A stretch of DNA of 64,000 nt, taken from Bdellovibrionales bacterium. Its GTDB lineage: Bacteria > Bdellovibrionota > Bdellovibrionia > Bdellovibrionales > UBA1609. Shown here piece after piece: positions 8,889-16,898 of this stretch; positions within the stretch are counted from its first letter, which is position 1, and every line of letters begins with the position of its first letter. The notes under the pieces were generated by a model. That model did not search any database. It saw only the letters and a list, made by a program, of their open reading frames with translations, and was not told where the DNA came from. A program made the translations under genes and the position numbers. Location: positions 32,001 to 96,000 of the forward strand of contig DAHVQG010000009.1 of NCBI GenBank assembly GCA_027317865.1, given 5' to 3'.

Positions 8889-10937
8889 ATGAAAACACAA
8901 CTCTTAATTTTGATGATCCTAACGTTGGCATTCTCGCTTAAGAGTTATGGTAATTCAAATGCAAGTTCGGGTCTTAACAACGCAATTTCAAACCTCATTT
9001 CGACTCTTGAACAAAAGAGCCAAAACGAAGCATACGAACCAAGCCACGACTCTCAAATGTTCAATCAAATTCAAACGGCGTCTGGTCTTCTTGATCATGG
9101 CGCCAATCCCAACGTATATGTGCCCGGTAGCCTGAATATGTTTATGTACAATTTCTTCGATCTCAACGCCTTCGACGCCAGTATTTTAGTTTCGGGGTTG
9201 GTTTGGAGCCCAAAACTTGTTGAGGCATTTCTCGCGCACGGAGCCTCCGCTACCGCTCCTGACAGTAGCGGCTTGGTCCCGATGGACTATGCCATTTTTA
9301 GTTTTTTGCGTAATCAAACCGATAGCGTTAGAGAAATTAAATCGGGTTTGAGAATCATTCGACTTCTTGAAGCACACGGTGCCAAATTATCCGATGCAAA
9401 ACGGGTTCAGAAGGCCTTTGGTTTGCCTCCGAACCTCAATTTTGCAAATTTAGCCCAAACCGTTCTTACGTTAAAGGTTATGTACCAGTTGGGGCTCGTC
9501 TCAAGGCAAGTCCTAATAAATGCGTCTATCGGACCGGCGGCCGCACGCGCACGTTTAAGAAATATGACAACGCTCGGGCGTAAGTTTTTAGAAAATAACG
9601 GCGCCCATTTGCGAAATCTCAAAGCCGATGCTTTGGACGGCCGCGAAATATCGCGTTTAATAGCACCTTCGTTTTATAGCGGTAAGACGCATGCAAATCT
9701 TTTCGTCGTCGAGCCAGTCGGGCATCGAGATCTTAGCCGCAAGAATTATAACGGAAAGCATAACGACGTCACGTTCAGTATAGCAACAGGTACGGCCAAA
9801 GCCATCAACCCGAAAGTTGATCCTTCAAGAATTTTTGCTTGGGGTAGCCGCTCTATTGAGCTTTATACCGATTCAAGTTTTCTTTCGACCGCCATGAAAT
9901 TGATGTTGAATCTCGGCGGAGCTCCGCTGCAAAATCGGGTCGTTTTTAGCTCTAGTTTTGGACCGAACTTGACACAGGGGATGGCGAGTATCGTTCGACA
10001 GCATACCGACGGTAACAGTTTTGATTTACAAACAGCGCTTTATTTTCAAAAATATCTCGAATCCGGTAAGCCGATCGTCTTTCAAGCCGCGGGGAATTCT
10101 TATTTAGAAGAAGGCAATTACATGAATACCATTGGAATAACCAATGGCCCTCGTACGGTTCTGGTTGGTGCGGTCGCGCGATATCCAACTGCGGATAATG
10201 TTCATCACCGATTTGTGGTTTTTCCGCAGTCTTCAGTGGGCGCTGATCTTTGTGCCCCATTGCCGCGAATGAGCAAAAAGCTGATGCTCGGTACTTCTTG
10301 CGCCACTCCTGTGGCAGCGGCACTCTATCGACAGTTTGCGGAGTGGTACAGTTCAAAGCTGAGCTACGACGAGATTATTGCGGCCGCTTTGCTTACGGCA
10401 CACAAACATATCTTGAAGTTCGTTGATCCGTATGACGCATATAACGCGATTCTAAATGGCCAATCAGTGGCGGATTTAAAGACCCAGCCCGCTACTCTTG
10501 GCGTGCGCTCGCAATGCGGAGCGGGAGTCATCAATGAAATTAAATGGCAACAAGCTCTGAACTGGATGGTCAAAAACAAGACTGAGTCGAGTCCAAGTGT
10601 ATCCGAATTTCTGCCGTTAACTAAGATTCGCACTGGCGTTTATGCCGTTACTCTGCCGAAAAGTTTGACTTTGAGTCGACTGACGTTTTTTATCCCTCAA
10701 GCTCGTGATCAGCATAGCAATATTTATGTCAAAATGCCCGCTCAGCCTGAGATAAAACTGCCTCTCAGCGCAACTGAAGTTCTTTCAACCTTTGCGTTTG
10801 CAAACCAAGACGTAAACGCTGGGGATAAAATTACCGTCTATGCCTCAGAGCCATTGCTCCGTATGGCGGGCATTGTGGTTCGCGGCGAACCGAACGGGAA
10901 TGTGATCCAAAAATTTAAAAATTGGCAAATTCGGTAG
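8889..10937 (+). CDS. Secreted ankyrin-like plus S8 subtilisin-like peptidase
   Basis: Signal peptide; ankyrin-like LLDHGANPN, FLAHGA, LLEAHGA; S8 motifs VFQAAGN, VLVGAV, GTSCATPVAA. Confidence 0.75.
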   Translation: MKTQLLILMILTLAFSLKSYGNSNASSGLNNAISNLISTLEQKSQNEAYEPSHDSQMFNQIQTASGLLDHGANPNVYVPGSLNMFMYNFFDLNAFDASILVSGLVWSPKLVEAFLAHGASATAPDSSGLVPMDYAIFSFLRNQTDSVREIKSGLRIIRLLEAHGAKLSDAKRVQKAFGLPPNLNFANLAQTVLTLKVMYQLGLVSRQVLINASIGPAAARARLRNMTTLGRKFLENNGAHLRNLKADALDGREISRLIAPSFYSGKTHANLFVVEPVGHRDLSRKNYNGKHNDVTFSIATGTAKAINPKVDPSRIFAWGSRSIELYTDSSFLSTAMKLMLNLGGAPLQNRVVFSSSFGPNLTQGMASIVRQHTDGNSFDLQTALYFQKYLESGKPIVFQAAGNSYLEEGNYMNTIGITNGPRTVLVGAVARYPTADNVHHRFVVFPQSSVGADLCAPLPRMSKKLMLGTSCATPVAAALYRQFAEWYSSKLSYDEIIAAALLTAHKHILKFVDPYDAYNAILNGQSVADLKTQPATLGVRSQCGAGVINEIKWQQALNWMVKNKTESSPSVSEFLPLTKIRTGVYAVTLPKSLTLSRLTFFIPQARDQHSNIYVKMPAQPEIKLPLSATEVLSTFAFANQDVNAGDKITVYASEPLLRMAGIVVRGEPNGNVIQKFKNWQIR

Positions 10938-12309
10938 ATTTGGCAATATCCGAGTCGGTGTCGCGGTTGATTTCTTCAAGGGAGCGGCACTTTGTTTCGG
11001 GTACGAGGACTAACGTAAGTGCGGCACTGATTAGAGAAAGCACGGCAAGCCCCGTCATGAGCGAGCGCGCACTCATCTGTTTTAATAACAGCGGAAAGAC
11101 AAATGCTGCCACGACCGCGCCCGCGCGGCCCCCAACCACAGTAATACCTTGGGCAATACTGCGAACTCGCGTTGGCGCCAGTTCAACCCCGAGAATGCCA
11201 CTGCCCGAAACGATTCCCGGCCCAGCGCTTAAACTAAATGTATATAGACCAAATAAAATCACGGTTAATAGGGGAGCAGTTACCAACGCGCCACCGGTTT
11301 TCATCATCGGAACAAAAACTAAAAGAGCGAGAGAGCTTATTACAAAGCCCGACGCCATTAAACGTTTACGCCCCATGCGGTCGATTAGTGAGCAACCCAC
11401 CAGAGTGCCCGGAATTGTGAATAATCCGTAGATCACTAACGTGAATGAAATGGCGGTGAGACCCATACTTTCTGCTATGACCGACGGTCCAAAAAGTACG
11501 CCGGAATATAAAACGACATCGTAGAGAAACCAGAGCGTCATAGCTCCTAAAATGGGGCGGGCATGCTTTTGTAGAACCGTACGCCAGTCGCGCCGGTCAA
11601 CTTTCGGAGTCGTCGTGGGTGGTTCCCCCGTAATGTTTTTAATAACTTTGCGCGCGTCTTCTGAAGCACCTTCAAGACGAGCTAAGTATCGCGCGGTTTC
11701 GGGCATTCGTCGCCGTAAACTGAGGACGCTAAGCGCGGGGAGTGCCCCAGCGGCGAGTACGATTCGCCATTGCCAATAAGGTGCGACATGCAACGCTCGA
11801 ACTGTCAGAAAAACCAATCCAGAAGCAAGCGCACCGAAGTTCCACATTCCGGCGAAACCGAATGCAATTTTTTTGCCGCGATCTTGAGCGTTCGCGTGTT
11901 CGGCCATTATGGTGGGCGAAAGTACGTAATCGGCACCAACACCGATCCCAAGAAAAAATCGGATAACAATAAGACTCCAAAGATTGGGCGCAAAAGCTTG
12001 TGCCGCAGCCGCCATGAGGCCCACGTCGATACCGTAAAACCGTTTTCGTCCGCGTTGAGCCAGTGCGCCAAAGAGAATGGCGCCAATTGCCGCTCCAACA
12101 AGGGCCGACCCCGCTAACATTCCGCTTTGCAGTCCACTTATTGTATGAATTCCGAATGAGGCGAGGGCCACTGGTAGTACAAGGCCGATTGACGAAAGAT
12201 CGTACCCGTCGGTGAAAACTCCCATTCCGGTCGTCAGCATAGCGAGCAGGTGAAACCGCTGGAGTGGTTGGCGATCCAATGATTCGAATGCGTTTGTTTT
12301 GTCGTTCAT
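10915..12309 (-). CDS. MFS transporter (sugar porter/phosphate:H+ symporter-like)
   Basis: GMGVFTDGYDL, GRKRFYG, RFFLGIGVGADY, IDRMGRK, ELAPTRVRS, VPETK..SLEE; about 12 TM segments. Confidence 0.92.
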   Translation of the reverse strand: MNDKTNAFESLDRQPLQRFHLLAMLTTGMGVFTDGYDLSSIGLVLPVALASFGIHTISGLQSGMLAGSALVGAAIGAILFGALAQRGRKRFYGIDVGLMAAAAQAFAPNLWSLIVIRFFLGIGVGADYVLSPTIMAEHANAQDRGKKIAFGFAGMWNFGALASGLVFLTVRALHVAPYWQWRIVLAAGALPALSVLSLRRRMPETARYLARLEGASEDARKVIKNITGEPPTTTPKVDRRDWRTVLQKHARPILGAMTLWFLYDVVLYSGVLFGPSVIAESMGLTAISFTLVIYGLFTIPGTLVGCSLIDRMGRKRLMASGFVISSLALLVFVPMMKTGGALVTAPLLTVILFGLYTFSLSAGPGIVSGSGILGVELAPTRVRSIAQGITVVGGRAGAVVAAFVFPLLLKQMSARSLMTGLAVLSLISAALTLVLVPETKCRSLEEINRDTDSDIAKSTEFANF

Positions 12310-12539
12310 ACGTTTGAGCTGTGCTCGAAAAAAGCTTAGCAGTGACACGGCGAGCGAGGACAGCGTAAAAGGGGGCGGCGCGGCTATTTTAATTTAAATA
12401 GAAGTTTACGGTACTTAGTCGTTTGCCGAATAATACGGTTGTACAATTTACATACTTCTGGCTAGTATTTCCGATCATATTTCGCGCAGGGGCTCGAACG
12501 GCGAGGGGATGCCGACGGGTACGGCGCAGAGGGGGCAAT

Positions 12540-13790
12540 ATGAATCGATTCCAGAGGTCAAGTCAGCGAACATTGAGTGCCGCAATAGCATTAGTTGTGG
12601 TCGGATTCTTCATAATCAGCGCAAATCGCGCATCTGCGAAACTGATTCCATGGCCAAATTCGCCAGCACAACCGGTGCACCGTACGCCACCCTCGCAAAA
12701 TGTAGGGCCAAGCACCAGCAACTCGGCGTCTGGTGTGACGGTTGAGGATGCATTTGCCGACCCGAGTCCGGTTGGTCCACAAAAATTGATCGCTTCGATT
12801 AACGACCCAAATACAAGGTCGATCGAAATGTGGATGTTCAGTATGTCGGATCAAAATGTCGTGAATGCTCTTGTGGCGGCGGGCGAACGGGGAGCGCAAG
12901 TCACAATCATTTTTAATGCCGGAATGTTTACGGGCCGTGACTCGAGCGTTGTCAGTGAACTTTCTAATTCGCCGAACATAAACGTCGTTCAAGCTTCGGC
13001 GGGTTTTTCGATTACCCATGCTAAAACAATGATTGTAAATGCTGGTCAGCCTGATGCCTACGCGTGGATCATGAGCATGAACGCGACGACAAATTATGCA
13101 GAAGAGGCGGATTTTGCCGTTAAAACGTCCGATTCGCGAGTGGTATCCGATTTGAATAACCTTTTTCAGTTGGATCTCCAAAACGCGCAAAACTCAACTG
13201 CTCTGAATCTCGACGGACAAGAAGGCCGGCCGAGTTTGACGAGCCCAAATCTCGTAGTTAGCCCGCAAAATTCCCTGCAAAAAATATTAGATTTGATTAA
13301 TTCGGCTCATTCTTCGATCGATATGACAGTTGAAAATATCGCATATTATCCGCCGACGCCAAAATATCCGAAACCGTTCGAGCAAATAGTGAATGCACTT
13401 ATTGCGAAAATGCGGCAAGGCGTTCGGGTGCGAGTAATTACTCCTGGTTGTGATTTAAATCCGTGGAATCCCGGTTATAACATGGACGCATTAAACGCCC
13501 TCAATCAGGCGGCAAGTCCGATGATCGTGGCCAAAATGATGCCTTACCCCGCAAGCCCGACGGCGCCATATATGCATCAAAAATTGATTATCGTCGATAA
13601 TTCCCGATTTTTTATCGGCTCTGTTAATTTTTCGATCAATTCGCTTAAGAAAGCGCGCGAGATCGGCGTCATTTCTAAGATTAACGGTGCCGATCGCTTT
13701 GTTGAACAAGAGTTTGATCAAGAATTTAACGAAGGCGTGACGCCGGCTTCTTCAGATCGGGGCATTCCTAGAAGTTGCCAAGCTTTTTAG
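12540..13790 (+). CDS. Secreted phospholipase D superfamily protein
   Basis: Two HKD-type motifs THAKTMIVN..SMN and MHQKLIIVD..GSVN; signal peptide; SD GAGGGGG. Confidence 0.88.
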   Translation: MNRFQRSSQRTLSAAIALVVVGFFIISANRASAKLIPWPNSPAQPVHRTPPSQNVGPSTSNSASGVTVEDAFADPSPVGPQKLIASINDPNTRSIEMWMFSMSDQNVVNALVAAGERGAQVTIIFNAGMFTGRDSSVVSELSNSPNINVVQASAGFSITHAKTMIVNAGQPDAYAWIMSMNATTNYAEEADFAVKTSDSRVVSDLNNLFQLDLQNAQNSTALNLDGQEGRPSLTSPNLVVSPQNSLQKILDLINSAHSSIDMTVENIAYYPPTPKYPKPFEQIVNALIAKMRQGVRVRVITPGCDLNPWNPGYNMDALNALNQAASPMIVAKMMPYPASPTAPYMHQKLIIVDNSRFFIGSVNFSINSLKKAREIGVISKINGADRFVEQEFDQEFNEGVTPASSDRGIPRSCQAF

Positions 13791-15557
13791 GAATTGTTGA
13801 AGCGGCAACGTATTGATGACATCGGCTTTTTGAAGCCATGCGCGCCGGGCGACATCGATTCCATATCTCATGAACTGAAGTTGAGATGTGTGATGAGAGT
13901 CGGTTGAAATGGCAAATTTAATTCCGCGTTCAGCGGCGAGGCGCGCATAAATATCGGTGAGATCAAGGCGCGACGGTTGCGCGTTGATCTCAAGTATGCA
14001 ACCCCGATTTTTAACGGCGTCGAGAACACGATCAGTGTCGAAGTCGATCGCGGGCCGCTCATCAATTAATCGCGTAAGTGGATGCGCAAGAATATTTGTA
14101 TACGGATTATCAATAGCCCGGAGGAGCCGCTCCGTCTGTTTTTCTCTCGTCAGTTGAAAGCTGGAATGAACGGCGCACAACACGACATCGAGCTCCTTCA
14201 ATATCGACGTGGCGAGGTCAAGGTCGCCATTTTTTAAAATATCGACTTCGGCTGATTTTAATATTTTGATCCCTAGATGTTTGTCATTGAGTTCATCGAT
14301 TAGCTCAAGATGACGGCGAAACCGTCGTTCATCGAGACCATGGGCGATCGTTAGCGACTTTGTATGTTCGGAATTGGCTACGTACTCGTAACCTAATTTT
14401 CTTGCCGCAATTGCCATTTCTTCAAGTGTATTTAACCCGTCACTCGCCACGGTGTGAAAATGAAGATCACCGCGAATATCGGTAAGTTCAATCAGCTTCG
14501 GGAGTAGACCTTGAGCTGCAGCTTCGATTTCACCTTGGTTCTCACGTAGCTCAGGTTCGATATAAGACAAATTCAAGCAATTAAAGATTTCGTCTTCTGT
14601 CCGGCCTGCGATTTTTTTATTTTTTTTAAATACCCCGTATTCATTGATTTTAAGACCCCGTTTTTGCGCGATACTTCGAATCGCGATGTTGTGCGCTTTT
14701 GAGCCGGTGAAGTAATAAAGCGCGGCCCCATAGCTATCGTTTTGCACAATTCGAATATCGATTTGAAGACCGTTATACAGCTTTACCGTGGCTCGCGTCG
14801 GCCCTTCAGAGACGATTTGTGAGATGGCTTCAAATTTCAAAATATCCCTAAAAATGGCGGTCGCGGCTTTGCTGCCGGCGCCGCCTTTCGTAAATGTTAC
14901 GATAATATCGAGATCTCCAACGGTTTCTTTACGTCGGCGAAAACTGCCCGCGACGGTTACTTGGCCGACGCCTTTGATAAAGTTAATATAATTGACAAAC
15001 TCCGCAGCAATTGGCTCTGCATCGGATAAACGCATTCTATCGGCTGTGGTTTTTTGCAATATTTCAATTTCGCGACGAATGCGTTCTTCGGATTTTGCGC
15101 CAAACCCTGGGATGTTTTGAATCAGGTGTTTGTCTGTTGCATTGCGAAGATCGTCAATGGAGTGAATCTTTAATTGTTTATACAATTTTGCGACTTTTTT
15201 GGGCCCAAGCGACGGTACTTTCAAAAGTGCGAGAATCCCCGTGGGCAGCTCTTTTTCAATTTCAGTTTTAAGCGGAAAGCTCCCGAGTCGCGCAATCGTG
15301 AGTATTTTATTTGCAAGATCTTTGCCTATGCCGCGAATATCTTCTAGTTTTTCGCCGTGCAAAACAATTTCTTCTACGGGGCGTGGAATGCCCTCAAGAA
15401 TTCGCGCGGCATTTCGATAAGCGCGAATGCGAAACGGGTTACTACCTTTGATTTCGAGAAGGTCCGCAGTATCGTTCAACAAAGCGGCGATATCGGAATT
15501 GCGTAGCTTAGAAGCGGCGATGTGATCTTTAGCCGCCGCTGCCGGTTTTAAATCCAC
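13752..15557 (-). CDS. polX: DNA polymerase X/PHP-domain protein
   Basis: NPFRIRAYRNAA, GSFRRRKETVGDLD, YFTGSKAHN, PHP GDLHFHT..SDG, ISTDSH. Confidence 0.95.
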   Translation of the reverse strand: MDLKPAAAAKDHIAASKLRNSDIAALLNDTADLLEIKGSNPFRIRAYRNAARILEGIPRPVEEIVLHGEKLEDIRGIGKDLANKILTIARLGSFPLKTEIEKELPTGILALLKVPSLGPKKVAKLYKQLKIHSIDDLRNATDKHLIQNIPGFGAKSEERIRREIEILQKTTADRMRLSDAEPIAAEFVNYINFIKGVGQVTVAGSFRRRKETVGDLDIIVTFTKGGAGSKAATAIFRDILKFEAISQIVSEGPTRATVKLYNGLQIDIRIVQNDSYGAALYYFTGSKAHNIAIRSIAQKRGLKINEYGVFKKNKKIAGRTEDEIFNCLNLSYIEPELRENQGEIEAAAQGLLPKLIELTDIRGDLHFHTVASDGLNTLEEMAIAARKLGYEYVANSEHTKSLTIAHGLDERRFRRHLELIDELNDKHLGIKILKSAEVDILKNGDLDLATSILKELDVVLCAVHSSFQLTREKQTERLLRAIDNPYTNILAHPLTRLIDERPAIDFDTDRVLDAVKNRGCILEINAQPSRLDLTDIYARLAAERGIKFAISTDSHHTSQLQFMRYGIDVARRAWLQKADVINTLPLQQFLKSLATSRNAPI

Positions 15558-15648
15558 GGCTAAAATTATCTAATTTTAGCCGCCAATGAGACAATCGATG
15601 TGTTCTTATTTCGAAATCTTTTTGGGGAGATTCGGATAAAGTCGATTA

Positions 15649-16227
15649 CTACGGTTTATCGAAATTTTTTTGTGCGAAATCCCAATTGATAAGATTCACA
15701 AATGAGTCGAAATATTTACCGCGGTCATTTCGATAATCTATGTAATAGGCGTGCTCCCAAAGATCGATTGTCAGAAGCGCACGTTTATCGGTTCGCAAAA
15801 GATTTTCGCCGTCATGAGTTGTTTCGATCTGAAGCCGGCCATTTTCTTTTACGATCCAAGCCCAACCCGAACCGAACGCTCCCAAAACTTTGTTGCGAAA
15901 CGCTTGTAAGAATTTATCTGTTGACCCAAATTCTTTGTCGATGGCGGCAGCGAGTGCGCCGGTTGGTTTCAGTTTTTCGGGGGATAACGATTGCCACAAA
16001 AACGCATGGTTCCACGCTTGGGCGGCGTTATTGTAAATCGTCCCGCTTGAATATTTAATTATTGTTTCTATCGGCGAATTTTCAAACGGTGTACCGGCGA
16101 CTAACGTATTGAGTTTATCGACATAGGCTTTATGGTGTTTGCCGTAGTGAAAGCGAATCGTTTCGGCAGTCATGTACGGTTCGAGAGCATTTTCTTTAAA
16201 TTGAAGTGCAGGCAGTTCGTGTTTCAT
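15649..16227 (-). CDS. sodB: Fe/Mn superoxide dismutase (Fe-type)
   Basis: HYGKHH, NNAAQAWNH, FGSGWAW, DLWEHAYYIDY; SD GGAG before ATG 16227. Confidence 0.95.
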   Translation of the reverse strand: MKHELPALQFKENALEPYMTAETIRFHYGKHHKAYVDKLNTLVAGTPFENSPIETIIKYSSGTIYNNAAQAWNHAFLWQSLSPEKLKPTGALAAAIDKEFGSTDKFLQAFRNKVLGAFGSGWAWIVKENGRLQIETTHDGENLLRTDKRALLTIDLWEHAYYIDYRNDRGKYFDSFVNLINWDFAQKNFDKP

Positions 16228-16254
16228 AGGGTCACTCCTTTCAAAGGACAATTC

Positions 16255-16284
16255 AGGATAGAAAAATTAGCGAGTCGGTGTCAA
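16255..16284 (-). promoter_or_regulatory. Sigma70-type promoter for sodB
   Basis: TTGACA-N18-TATCCT, preceded by a second tandem TTGACA. Confidence 0.55.
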
Positions 16285-16333
16285 TGTCAATGTCTGAGCG
16301 TCAAGAGAGCTTTGAATCGTTACGAGAACGCAC

Positions 16334-16720
16334 TCAAATCGCCCGCAACAAATAACGAGCGAGAAAAAGTCCTGTGGCTGCAGCGAGACAACCCACGAGC
16401 GGACTGCCAAAAAGATAAATACCGCCCATGAGAAATTCAGATTGCTCCAAGAGGCGAGTCCCTTCAAGTGCATATGATGAAAAAGTAGTAAAACCACCTA
16501 GAAGACCGACTAAGAGCCCGACGCGCACATCCACAGATAGGACACCTTTTTCGACGCCTAAACTGTAGACCACGCCGATTAAAAAAGATCCAATAATGTT
16601 AATGATAAATGTACCAAGTGGAAAGTGTTGTGTCGGCATATAACGGGCTACAAAAAGCGCAACCAAATAACGGCTGAAGACCCCGATTAGACCGAAGACG
16701 GCAATCAAAAGAATTTTCAT
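16334..16720 (-). CDS. crcB: Fluoride efflux channel Fluc/CrcB
   Basis: SRY, FPLGTFIINIIGSF, GLLGGFTTFSSY; 4 TM segments; downstream of a fluoride riboswitch. Confidence 0.95.
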   Translation of the reverse strand: MKILLIAVFGLIGVFSRYLVALFVARYMPTQHFPLGTFIINIIGSFLIGVVYSLGVEKGVLSVDVRVGLLVGLLGGFTTFSSYALEGTRLLEQSEFLMGGIYLFGSPLVGCLAAATGLFLARYLLRAI

Positions 16721-16754
16721 AAATACTCCCACTGTTGTTACAAACTGTTATTCA

Positions 16755-16830
16755 GTAGGAGTTATCAGCCTAATGTTTTACGGCAGGCAAAGCCCGGTAT
16801 CATTGGCGGTTATGGTGAACTCCATCACCT
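16755..16830 (-). ncRNA. Fluoride riboswitch (crcB motif)
   Basis: Minus strand GGTGATGGAGTTCACC-ATAACCGCC...GGCTGATAACTCCTAC matches the consensus P1, the GGAGT/ACTCC pseudoknot and GCTGATRAC; directly 5' of crcB. Confidence 0.93.
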
Positions 16831-16837
16831 TTCAATT

Positions 16838-16866
16838 AATCTGTCTTTTAAAATTCTATTTGTCAA
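16838..16866 (-). promoter_or_regulatory. Sigma70-type promoter for the riboswitch-crcB transcript
   Basis: TTGACA-N17-CAGATT places +1 at about 16830, the aptamer 5' end. Confidence 0.65.
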
Positions 16867-16898
16867 AGGTCGGGTTGCTACAAATATTAGCCGCAGTG

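Noticed and set aside
11990-12030. Possible small in-frame deletion in the MFS (LMAAAAQAF)
   Set aside because: Frame is intact; cannot be judged without an alignment
12540-15557. PLD plus PolX as an anti-phage or repair system
   Set aside because: Genes are convergent and the PLD has an export signal
13752-16830. Fluoride riboswitch controlling crcB-sodB-polX as one operon
   Set aside because: sodB has its own TTGACA-N18-TATCCT promoter, and the riboswitch platform appears to act only on the crcB SD
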